DNA of 53,351 nucleotides, from positions 10,404 through 63,754 of the forward strand of contig JAQVYC010000001.1 of NCBI GenBank assembly GCA_028708805.1, in the 5' to 3' direction. Position numbers and translations under genes: made by a program. The notes under the pieces were generated by a model, which was given only the letters and a program-made list of their open reading frames with translations, was not told the origin of the DNA and searched no databases. Origin of the DNA: Clostridia bacterium. Its GTDB lineage: Bacteria > Bacillota > Clostridia > Christensenellales > UBA1242. Shown piece by piece: positions 1 through 8,742 of this stretch (position 1 is its first letter; each line of letters starts with the position of its first letter).

Positions 1-300
1 ATTCATTTTGATTATTTTGAATTAAACTGGAATTATTTGTATTTAAATTTGAATTATTTTTATTATTTTGATTTAAATTTGAATTATTTTGAATTAAATC
101 CGAATTATTTTGATTATTTTGAGAATTATTTTGATTATTTTGAGAATTATTTTGAATTAAATCCGAATTATTTTGATTATTTTGAGAATTGTTTTGATTT
201 AAATTGGATTTATTCTGATTGTTTTGAATTAAACTAGAATTATTTTGGTTATTTAAATTAGAATTATTTTGATTTAAATTAGAATTATTTGTATTTTGGC
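1..300 (-). repeat. Nested in-frame tandem repeats (21-nt and 63-nt periods) inside the Asn-rich ORF
   Basis: tgattattttgagaattattt occurs back to back at 111-131 and 132-152. gaattaaatccgaattattttgattattttgagaatt recurs at 91 and 154 (63-nt offset). Encodes QNNSQNN / NNSDLIQ-type units on the minus strand. Confidence 0.8.
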
Positions 301-2995
301 TTTTATCTAAATTAGAATTATTTATATCTTTTGGGTTTGCTTTATTATTAATATCTAAATTATCATTATTAATAGATTTGTGTCTCTTAATGCTAGAAGT
401 ATTTCTATTAATTAAATTTTCTCTGTTGTTAGTTACATTATCATTATCGTAAATTCTTGGCACAGGAGGCACACCATCTCGGGTTACTCTATTATTTTCA
501 TTGGTTTTATTATTGTTAAAGTTTTGGTCATTGTTGTTATTGTCGGTAGTATAGTTTTGGTTTCTAGTATTATTATTTAAGTTATTGTTATTGTTTATAA
601 TTTTTCTTTGATTATCATTTATAATATTTCTTTGGTTATCATTTATAATATTTTCTTGATTCTTTATAATATTATCTTGGTTATCTTCAATATTTCGAAT
701 ACTTGGATTGTTGTTATTTGTAGTATTAGTATTATTATTGTCAATGTTATTATCTTCATTATTTATATTATCGTTTAAGTTATTATTAGTTGAATGATTT
801 CTGTTATTGATATTACTGTTATTGTTATTAATCCCGTTATTCATATTATTGTTTAAATTATCCCTATGATTAAAATCGTTAATCAAATTGCTGTTATTAC
901 TTCCGTTGTAATTATTTACACTATTTGAACCATTCGCATTATTATTAAAACGGTTAAGTTGTCGCTGACTATTATTGATGTCATCTCTGTTCCTTCTAAA
1001 TTCATTATAGGGTCTATTATTAAATCTGTTATCAAGGTTTTCGGTGGTTAAATCGTTTTTATTGCTATTATTGATATTATTATCATTTTTAGTATTCCTG
1101 TTGTTAATATTATTGTCAATGTTATTACTTTCATTATTCATATTATTGTTTATGTCATTGTTAGTTGAATGATTTCTGTCATTAACATTGCCATTATTGT
1201 TATTAATCCCGTTATTGTTTAAGCTATTCTCATTATTAACATTGGTATTGTTTCTATGACTTTCATTTGTATTTAAGTTATTATCATTGTTTAAATTGTT
1301 ATTGTTGTTAGTATTGTTATTTGAATTATTATAATTGTTTAAGTTCCCATTATTAATGTTTTTATTTAAATTATTACCATTATTGACATTAGCATAGTTT
1401 TTATTTGTTACATTTTTATTTAAATTATTATCGTTATTAATATTATCATTGTTTCTATTAGCTTCGTTGTTATTTATATTACTATTTTTGTTGTTTTCAG
1501 TTAAGCTATTGTTATAATTATAGTTTATTTTATTATTTAATTTACTGTCATTGTTGTTGTAACTTTTGTTATTAAGGTTTTTATAAAAATTTGCTAAATT
1601 AAAATAGTAATCACTTAATAAATAGCAATCTTCACCAAAACATATTCCATTGTAACAATCAGTTCCAGCTATGCAAGGGCATCTATAACATGAGTCGTTA
1701 TATGAGAGTGCATTATTGATATATCCGTTATTATTTGTTGCGTTTGTATTTCCATCTAAATTTATAATGTTTTTATCTTGATTTAAATTTTTTTCGTCCA
1801 TATTATTATTTGAATTATCTTTAACTAAATTGTTTACATTATAAGCATTTCCATAATTAGTGTTGTTTATGTTTGAGTTAGTACAAGAATAAGGGTAATT
1901 TACTGCACAATTATTATCTATGCAACTTTCTAATTGCAACAAACTATTTAAAATGGATTGCAAATTGCAATTTCTTTTATCAATGCAACTTAAAAGTCTT
2001 ACATATTTAGAATTTAAAGTGTTAGAGTTCGTCTCATAATTTGTTTTCAATGTCTTGATATTTGAAAGTTCGTTGTTTAATTCCGCTTTTTCTAGATTAA
2101 TTTTATTGCAACTTAAAGATATATTATTAAGAAGGTCATTTATTGCATTAGATTGACTATCAGTAACAGTTATTTTTCCTTCTTTAATTTTGCTAGCTAG
2201 TTCTTTTATATATGCAATTTTATTTTGAATTTGATTAAGAGTATTATTACAATTATTATTACATCCAACGCATGAAGATGACATGTTTTTTGTGTTAGCT
2301 ATTTTATTAAAGGAATTTGCTGAGTTTCTTTCAGAACTATTTATGTTAGCATTAGAATTATAAGTGTCTATGTTTTTGTTAGTTCTATTATAAGTGTTAA
2401 GGTTTTTATTGGTCCCGTTATTTATATTAGTGTTTTCCTTTGTATTTGTACTATTATAGGCATTGTAATATCCGTTGTAACCACTCAAATCGTTTAAACC
2501 CATACTGCCACCACGATTGATACCGTTTTTATAAGTATCTATATTTGTTCCGTAAAAGTTTGGTATGCCATTATTGCCATAGCCATAATTGCCGTAAATA
2601 CCATTACCATAACCGTAACCGTTACCTTTACCATAACCATAACCTTTACCATAACCATAACCGTTGCCATAAAAGTTACCGTTTATGTTGTTGCCAAAGC
2701 TTCCCATACCATAAAAATTGCCATAAGTATCGGTATTTCGGTTGAAGTTAGTAACTGCAAATTCGGGATTTACATTTACTTTTAATAATGAATCGTTATT
2801 CTCATTCATTTTGCTTATTTCGCCGTTGATTGAAATATCTGAATTGTCAATTTTATTTATTTTTCTTATCTCAGTTGAAAGTCTATCCATACCATTGTTT
2901 AAATTTGAACTTACTGTTTCAATAGCAGTGTTGCCACATCCAACTAATGCAAAGCAAATAACTATTGTTATTAAACCGATAAAAATTTTTTTCAT
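2..2995 (-). CDS. Giant Asn-rich putative lipoprotein; the C-terminal end runs off the left window edge; absent from the supplied ORF track
   Basis: ATG at 2995-2993 with GGAGGA 5 nt upstream. I read all 998 codons of this frame down to position 2 and found no stop. N-terminus MKKIFIGLITIVICFALVGC is a signal peptide plus lipobox LVGC. The track omits it because there is no in-window stop. Confidence 0.8.
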   Translation of the reverse strand, partial: MKKIFIGLITIVICFALVGCGNTAIETVSSNLNNGMDRLSTEIRKINKIDNSDISINGEISKMNENNDSLLKVNVNPEFAVTNFNRNTDTYGNFYGMGSFGNNINGNFYGNGYGYGKGYGYGKGNGYGYGNGIYGNYGYGNNGIPNFYGTNIDTYKNGINRGGSMGLNDLSGYNGYYNAYNSTNTKENTNINNGTNKNLNTYNRTNKNIDTYNSNANINSSERNSANSFNKIANTKNMSSSCVGCNNNCNNTLNQIQNKIAYIKELASKIKEGKITVTDSQSNAINDLLNNISLSCNKINLEKAELNNELSNIKTLKTNYETNSNTLNSKYVRLLSCIDKRNCNLQSILNSLLQLESCIDNNCAVNYPYSCTNSNINNTNYGNAYNVNNLVKDNSNNNMDEKNLNQDKNIINLDGNTNATNNNGYINNALSYNDSCYRCPCIAGTDCYNGICFGEDCYLLSDYYFNLANFYKNLNNKSYNNNDSKLNNKINYNYNNSLTENNKNSNINNNEANRNNDNINNDNNLNKNVTNKNYANVNNGNNLNKNINNGNLNNYNNSNNNTNNNNNLNNDNNLNTNESHRNNTNVNNENSLNNNGINNNNGNVNDRNHSTNNDINNNMNNESNNIDNNINNRNTKNDNNINNSNKNDLTTENLDNRFNNRPYNEFRRNRDDINNSQRQLNRFNNNANGSNSVNNYNGSNNSNLINDFNHRDNLNNNMNNGINNNNSNINNRNHSTNNNLNDNINNEDNNIDNNNTNTTNNNNPSIRNIEDNQDNIIKNQENIINDNQRNIINDNQRKIINNNNNLNNNTRNQNYTTDNNNNDQNFNNNKTNENNRVTRDGVPPVPRIYDNDNVTNNRENLINRNTSSIKRHKSINNDNLDINNKANPKDINNSNLDKSQNTNNSNLNQNNSNLNNQNNSSLIQNNQNKSNLNQNNSQNNQNNSDLIQNNSQNNQNNSQNNQNNSDLIQNNSNLNQNNKNNSNLNTNNSSLIQNNQNE

Positions 2996-3166
2996 AAAAA
3001 TCCTCCATATTAAAATTAAAAATTATTTATTAGTTATCATATTATTTGCCAATCAATAATTTTTATGTAATTAAATTTTAAAATTAAAATTTGTTTTTAT
3101 GATGTTTTAATTTTTTTGTTTTGGTAACAATTTATAGGAAACTCATATAAGTAAAGGATTTTAAAT

Positions 3167-3613
3167 ATGGATGTAAAAACCAGAAATGAGAAATATAATC
3201 AATATGTTGAAGCGAAAATGCCCAAAACAAAAAACTGGCCTAGTCTATTCAATTCATTTTGGGTAGGCGGATTAATTTGTATTATAGGGCAGGGAATTAA
3301 CGATAGTATTTTGCTTTTATTTCCGACAATGGCAGAGCAATCAGCTTGGGCTTATACATTGGTTATCTTAATTTTCATTGCTTCATTTTTAACAGGAATT
3401 GGCATTTATGATAGAATTGGGCAATTCGCTGGTGGAGGAACAATTGTACCAATAACTGGTTTTTCAAACTCAATGACAAGCCCTGCGTTAGATTTCAAAA
3501 ATGAGGGAATAATTTTTGGAATGTGTGTAAAAATGTTTTCAATAACAGGACCAGTAATAGTTATTGGAATTGTAGCAAGTACTATTATTGGATTAATTTA
3601 CTTATTAATTTAA
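3167..3613 (+). CDS. spoVAC: Stage V sporulation protein AC
   Basis: 148-aa polytopic membrane protein with GGLICIIGQG and GGTIVPITGFSN motifs; first gene of a spoVAC-AD-AE triad; AAAGGA RBS 8 nt upstream. Confidence 0.9.
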   Translation: MDVKTRNEKYNQYVEAKMPKTKNWPSLFNSFWVGGLICIIGQGINDSILLLFPTMAEQSAWAYTLVILIFIASFLTGIGIYDRIGQFAGGGTIVPITGFSNSMTSPALDFKNEGIIFGMCVKMFSITGPVIVIGIVASTIIGLIYLLI

Positions 3614-3662
3614 TTAAGATAGAGAATAAAATAAAGAGTGACAATAAAAGTGAAAGCAAAAA

Positions 3663-4703
3663 ATGGAAAATAAATTAAAGAAAAATGAAATGAAAGCCTT
3701 AAACAATGTAAAATATAATCAAACAATAGAGTTTAAAAACAAACCAGTTATAAATGGTAATTATTCTGTTGTAGGTCCTAAGGAAGGACAGGGGCATTTC
3801 GGTAAATTTTTTCATTATGTAATGAAAAATGATTTATTTAATGAAAAAACTTATGAAAAGGCAGAGAAAAAAATGATTGAAAAAGCTTTATCAGGAGCAA
3901 TTCATTCAGCTGGGTTAAAGCCTGAAGACATAGACTTGTTTCTAGCAGGAGATTTATTAAATCAGATTATAAGTTCTAGTTATGCTGCAAGGTCTTTTGA
4001 TATCCCTTATTTAGGTTTATTTGGTGCTTGTTCAACAATGGCGGAAAGCTTGGCAATAGGCTCTTGTTTTATTGATGGAAAATATTTTGATACAGTCGCG
4101 TGTGCAACAGTGAGTCATTTTTCAACCGCTGAAAGACAGTTTCGGTTTCCGTTAGAACTTGGAAATCAGCGTCCACCAACATCACAATGGACAGCCACAG
4201 CCAGTGGCAGTACTATTTTATCTTTAAAAGGGCAAGGTCCGCGCATTACAAAGGCAACATTTGGTAAAGTTACCGATTATGGAATTTCCGATGTTAATAA
4301 TATGGGAGCGGCAATGGCTCCTTCAACAATGAGTACGATGGTTGCACACTTTAAGGATACAAAAACAAAACCCGAAGATTTTGATTTAATAATAACAGGA
4401 GATTTAGGAAAAATAGGGAGTGAAATTTTAATAGATTTAATGGAAGATAAAGGATATAAATTAGGCATAAACTATTGCGATTGTGGTCAGATGATTTATA
4501 AAGAAAAACAAAAACCTTTAATGGGGGGCAGTGGTTGTGGTTGCAGTGCGTCTATTTTAAATTCATTTATTATAAATAAGTTAAGAAAAAAAGAATATAA
4601 GAAAGTACTTTTTATGGCAACGGGAGCATTGTTGAGTACAACCGCAACTCAGCAAGGGGAAACAATTCCAGGTATAACTCACGCAGTTGTTATTGAAAGT
4701 TGA
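3663..4703 (+). CDS. spoVAD: Stage V sporulation protein AD (thiolase-like fold)
   Basis: 346 aa with GPKEGQG near the N-terminus and a GACSTM motif; sits between the spoVAC and spoVAE homologues. Start could be the internal Met at 3690. Confidence 0.9.
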   Translation: MENKLKKNEMKALNNVKYNQTIEFKNKPVINGNYSVVGPKEGQGHFGKFFHYVMKNDLFNEKTYEKAEKKMIEKALSGAIHSAGLKPEDIDLFLAGDLLNQIISSSYAARSFDIPYLGLFGACSTMAESLAIGSCFIDGKYFDTVACATVSHFSTAERQFRFPLELGNQRPPTSQWTATASGSTILSLKGQGPRITKATFGKVTDYGISDVNNMGAAMAPSTMSTMVAHFKDTKTKPEDFDLIITGDLGKIGSEILIDLMEDKGYKLGINYCDCGQMIYKEKQKPLMGGSGCGCSASILNSFIINKLRKKEYKKVLFMATGALLSTTATQQGETIPGITHAVVIES

Positions 4704-4830
4704 TTGGAAGTTTTTATTCTATAAAATCATTGTGTAGTGGTGCTATGCAATGCATAGTAACTATATATAGATATTTAAGTTAGAATTTATAATAAAATTT
4801 AAAAATAAAATAATAACAGGGGGCGGCTTT

Positions 4831-5193
4831 ATGTTAACCTATTTATGGGTATTTCTTATTGGTGGTGCTGTTTGTGCAATTGGTCAGCTATTGATTATTA
4901 AAACAAAATTCACTTCGGCTAGAATTTTGGTTACTTTTGTAATGATTGGAATTATTTTAGAAGCTTTTGGGTTGTTTGACAAAATTGCACAATTTGCAAA
5001 AGCGGGAATCAATGTTCCTATTATCGGGTTTGGGGCATCATTAACAAAAGGTGCAATTGCAGGTGCTGAAGCCAAAGGCATTATTGGAGCAGTAACAGGT
5101 GGGTTAGAAGCAGTTGCAGCTGGTGTAACTGTTGCAGTGTTATTTGCCTTTATTTTTGGTTTGATATTTAAAGCAAAAACGAAAAAAAATTAA
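4831..5193 (+). CDS. spoVAE: Stage V sporulation protein AE (SpoVAEB type)
   Basis: 120-aa membrane protein paralogous to 3167..3613 (LIGGAVCAIGQ, VPIIGFGASL); GGGGG RBS upstream. Confidence 0.85.
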   Translation: MLTYLWVFLIGGAVCAIGQLLIIKTKFTSARILVTFVMIGIILEAFGLFDKIAQFAKAGINVPIIGFGASLTKGAIAGAEAKGIIGAVTGGLEAVAAGVTVAVLFAFIFGLIFKAKTKKN

Positions 5194-5273
5194 CTTAAAC
5201 ATTATTTAAGAAAGCCATCAGTTTTTGTATATTCAATACAACATTTCATAATTATCATCATATATATTATTAA

Positions 5274-5951
5274 ATGAAGTCTTGGAAGGGAAAAAAGAGA
5301 TTATCATTAAGGGCTAAAGCAATAATTATTCTTTGCTTTTTTCTTTGTTTTATTGTTTTATCAATTCTTTATTTAGCTAATATTGTTAATCCTGTTATTT
5401 ATCAAGCAACCGAAGCACAAATTAAATCTTCTGCTCAAAAAGCATTAAGCTCTGCTGTTTATTCTATCGTTTCATCCAATACGGATACTTACTCAGATAT
5501 AATTAACTATACTTATAATGACAAAGGGGCTGTTTCACTTATAAAAGTCAATTCTTATTATGTAAATATTTTGTCAAGAAAAATAGCTGCTTTGGCTCAG
5601 GGAAATATTGATAATGTAGTCAATTCAGGTATTAATGTTCATTTGGGGGCATTTTCGGGAATAACTGTTTTAGTTAATTTAGGTCCGTCCGTTACAATGG
5701 ATTTAAATTCAATAGGCACAGTTACAACAATTTTTCGTTCAGAATTTTTAAATGCAGGAATTAACCAAACAAACCACAGAATTTATGTTAATATAAAAAG
5801 TTCTGTATGTGTTGTTTTGCCAATTTATAGCCCTACAATAGAAACTGAAACTGAAATTTTAATAGGTGAAACAATTATAGTAGGAGAGGTTCCATCAACT
5901 TATTTGCAATCTTCTTATCTTGATGAAATGCTCAACTTAGTGCCTCATTAA
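5274..5951 (+). CDS. yunB: Sporulation protein YunB
   Basis: N-terminal TM anchor. C-terminal region matches my recollection of B. subtilis YunB (LGP-x-V, IG, GIN-x5-I, GEVP-x2-Y). Confidence 0.7.
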   Translation: MKSWKGKKRLSLRAKAIIILCFFLCFIVLSILYLANIVNPVIYQATEAQIKSSAQKALSSAVYSIVSSNTDTYSDIINYTYNDKGAVSLIKVNSYYVNILSRKIAALAQGNIDNVVNSGINVHLGAFSGITVLVNLGPSVTMDLNSIGTVTTIFRSEFLNAGINQTNHRIYVNIKSSVCVVLPIYSPTIETETEILIGETIIVGEVPSTYLQSSYLDEMLNLVPH

Positions 5952-6074
5952 TACTCTTTAAAACAAACCATAAAAGGTAAATGGGTTCTTATACAACACT
6001 ATTATAAAGAATATTTTATTAGTTTTTATATATTAAAATGAAAATAAAGTTATTAGCTTAATTTAATTAAATCA

Positions 6075-6103
6075 TTGAAAAAAAATGTATACCATGTTAT
6101 AAT
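6075..6103 (+). promoter_or_regulatory. SigA-type promoter upstream of ftsK
   Basis: TTGAAA (6075-6080), 17-nt spacer, TATAAT (6098-6103) with TGT immediately upstream (extended -10). Confidence 0.5.
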
Positions 6104-6141
6104 TAACATTATAATTAAAGCAAGTTAAAGTTCGAGGCAAT

Positions 6142-8691
6142 ATGGCATCTTTTGATTTAAGCACTCATAAATTCAATGAACCAAAAAATTCAAAAACAAA
6201 AATTATCGGAATAGTTATAATAATCATCTGTTCTGTTGCTTTTTTAGTTCTTTTTACTAACCTGCTCCCGTTCTTGCAAAGAATAATTCTAGGATTAATG
6301 GGCTTATTTGCCTATCCGTTTTTTATTGTTGCCTTTTCGGTTGGAATCGCACTTATTAATAACAAACGCTATTTAATGACAAAGAAATATATAGTTTATT
6401 TATCTTTAATTATATTGTGTGTTCTTGCTCTTTTAAATTTGGTTATATTAGGCAAGCCGAGTATTCCTTTTTTTGATTACTTATCGCTTTCTTATGAGCA
6501 ACAATATACTGGTGGCGGTTTAATAATTGCATTATTTATTACTCCATTTCTTTATATTTTAGGACTTGCTGGCACAATTATTATATTTTCTGTTGCTTTG
6601 GTTATTTTTATTGCTCTTGTTGTTGATTTTCTAAATACTATAAGAATTTACGGAAAGCAAATTTTGAAAGAAAACAATACTAAAAACAAAGAAATTAAAC
6701 TTATGGAAGTTTTAGACATAATAAAAAAAGAACCTCAAAAAGAAAATTTGAATAAAAAGCAAAAAGATGTTTCATTAAAAAATGATTTTAATTTGTTTTT
6801 AGATAAGAAAATGGAAGAACAACGCAACATTAATATTGAAGCAAAGCGAAGATTAGGTTTAATTGAAGGTAATCTTGATAGTGAAAAAGCTCCTAAAAAA
6901 GTTAAAACAATTAGAGAAATTTTATTAACCCCGCCCGCCCTAGATTTAAAAAATTTAAACAATTCTTATAACAGAAGAATTAGAGAACAAGAAATTAATA
7001 GTAATTTCCAATTATTGAAGCAAGAAAATATTAATACTATTTTAGATAACTCAAACAATCAACGACAAAATCTAACTGAACATAAAAACTTCGAAACAAA
7101 CAAAGAAACTTCTATCCTTGGGCAGAATGAAAATATATTGAACTCTGAAAAACCGAAAAGAACTTTTGCCCAACTTCAAATCGATAGCGTTAAAAATGAA
7201 AAACCTCAGCTATCTAAAAATGTATATCGCCGTCCGCCAAATTATTCTAGACCGCCATTAGATTTATTAGAAAACAGACCTGTGGATTTAACATCTTTAA
7301 ATGAAGATGTCGTCGGTAAACGAATTCAGCTTGAAAGAGCCTTAGAAACATTCGGTATTAACGCCCGTGTTATTGGCGTTGTAATAGGACCTTCGGTTAC
7401 AAGATTCGAACTAGAAATGCCACCAGGAATAAGTGTTAAAAAAATCATTGCACATAAAGATGATATTTCATTGGCTTTAGCTTCTAGGGCTGGCTTGCGA
7501 ATTGAAGCTCCGATTCCTGGGAAAAGTGCGGTTGGCATTGAGCTTCCAAACGATAACATTAGCACAGTTAGCATTAGAGAAATAGTAGATTCTGATGAGT
7601 TTTTGTCTAACAAATCTCCAATTACTTTTGCTTTAGGTAAAGATATTAACGGTGAAGTTAAAATTTGCAATTTAGCAAAAATGCCACATTTACTTGTAGC
7701 AGGAGCTACAAATTCAGGTAAAAGTATTTTTTTAAATTCTTTAATTATAAGTTTAATTTATAAATCTTCACCTGATGAAGTGAGATTAATTCTAATTGAC
7801 CCCAAAAGAGTTGAATTTTCAATGTATAATGGTTTACCTCACTTAGTCATTCCTTATGTAATTACAGAAACCGAAAAAGCTAGCAATGCTTTAACTTGGT
7901 CAATTAATGAAATGGAAAGAAGATATGAAATTTTTGCAACAAATAGATGCCGTAATTTAGAAGAATATAATCAATTAACAAATGTTGTTTCGGGCGAAGA
8001 AGAAAAATTGCCATACATTGTGATTGTAATTGACGAATTTAACGACCTAATGTCCGTTATGAAAAAAGAAATTGAAGAAAAAGTAAAACGCCTAGCACAA
8101 AAAGCACGAGCTTCTGGAATTCATTTGGTTCTCACAACTCAAAGACCATCTGTTGATGTAGTAACTGGCACAATAAAAACCAATTTCCCATCTAGAATTT
8201 CATTTGCTTTAACATCTTTTGCAGACTCTAAAACAATTTTAGATCAATCAGGAGCAGAAAACTTATTAGGAAAAGGTGATTTACTCTTTTTGCCATCAGA
8301 TGCAAATTTCCCAACCAGAATACAAGGATGTTTTGTTTCGAACAATGAAGTAAATGATGTTGTGGCTTATATAAAAGAAAATAATAAAAAGACATATGAC
8401 GAAGAAGCAGAGAAAGAAATAGAAAATCCTTATCAAGGCTTGGTTGATGAAGAAATTTCTGATCAAGCATTAACTCCGTTGGCAATAAAATGTTTGAAAT
8501 TTGTAATAGAAAACGGTCAAGCATCAATTTCTTCTCTTCAAAGGAATTTTGCAATTGGCTTTGGAAGGGCAGGCCGTATTATTGAAAAATTAGCAAAGTT
8601 AGGCTATATTGCTAAGAAAGACGGAATGAAACCAAGGGAAGTTTATTTAACAATGGAAGGTTTCAATAATTTATTTGGAGAAGAGAAATAA
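6142..8691 (+). CDS. ftsK: DNA translocase FtsK/SpoIIIE
   Basis: N-terminal TM helices, low-complexity linker, motor domain with Walker A GATNSGKS, C-terminal gamma winged-helix (LQRNFAIGFGRAGRIIEKL). Confidence 0.93.
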   Translation: MASFDLSTHKFNEPKNSKTKIIGIVIIIICSVAFLVLFTNLLPFLQRIILGLMGLFAYPFFIVAFSVGIALINNKRYLMTKKYIVYLSLIILCVLALLNLVILGKPSIPFFDYLSLSYEQQYTGGGLIIALFITPFLYILGLAGTIIIFSVALVIFIALVVDFLNTIRIYGKQILKENNTKNKEIKLMEVLDIIKKEPQKENLNKKQKDVSLKNDFNLFLDKKMEEQRNINIEAKRRLGLIEGNLDSEKAPKKVKTIREILLTPPALDLKNLNNSYNRRIREQEINSNFQLLKQENINTILDNSNNQRQNLTEHKNFETNKETSILGQNENILNSEKPKRTFAQLQIDSVKNEKPQLSKNVYRRPPNYSRPPLDLLENRPVDLTSLNEDVVGKRIQLERALETFGINARVIGVVIGPSVTRFELEMPPGISVKKIIAHKDDISLALASRAGLRIEAPIPGKSAVGIELPNDNISTVSIREIVDSDEFLSNKSPITFALGKDINGEVKICNLAKMPHLLVAGATNSGKSIFLNSLIISLIYKSSPDEVRLILIDPKRVEFSMYNGLPHLVIPYVITETEKASNALTWSINEMERRYEIFATNRCRNLEEYNQLTNVVSGEEEKLPYIVIVIDEFNDLMSVMKKEIEEKVKRLAQKARASGIHLVLTTQRPSVDVVTGTIKTNFPSRISFALTSFADSKTILDQSGAENLLGKGDLLFLPSDANFPTRIQGCFVSNNEVNDVVAYIKENNKKTYDEEAEKEIENPYQGLVDEEISDQALTPLAIKCLKFVIENGQASISSLQRNFAIGFGRAGRIIEKLAKLGYIAKKDGMKPREVYLTMEGFNNLFGEEK

Positions 8692-8742
8692 TAGGAAAAA
8701 GAATAAATTAAATTATATATAAACATTAAATAAGGAAAAATT

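Noticed and set aside
1-300. Regular short repeats that could be mistaken for a CRISPR array
   Set aside because: The units are contiguous with no unique spacers. All periods are multiples of 3 and the region lies inside an open reading frame, so these are coding tandem repeats.
736-1216. Template/variable repeat pair of a diversity-generating retroelement
   Set aside because: Mismatches between the two 106-nt copies are transitions in both directions, not confined to adenines of one copy. No reverse transcriptase gene is present in the window.
37-3059. Plus-strand ORFs 37..237, 2545..2745 and 2742..3059 from the track
   Set aside because: All lie antisense to the 998-codon minus-strand frame. 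Their products are low-complexity mirror images (FDYFENYF..., HNRNRY...) and none has a credible RBS. They are by-products of the repeat composition.
3121-3166. Forespore sigma-G/sigma-F promoter upstream of spoVAC
   Set aside because: A CATATAA string (3144-3150) resembles the sigma-G -10, but no GHATR-type -35 lies at the required 17-18 nt spacing. The match is too weak to call.
4751-4759. Recurrence of TGCATAG(T/C)A in three intergenic regions (4751, 26045, 45363) as a shared regulatory motif
   Set aside because: A rough expectation for a 7-mer of this composition over both strands of 53 kb is a few occurrences, so three hits are not significant without genome-wide statistics.
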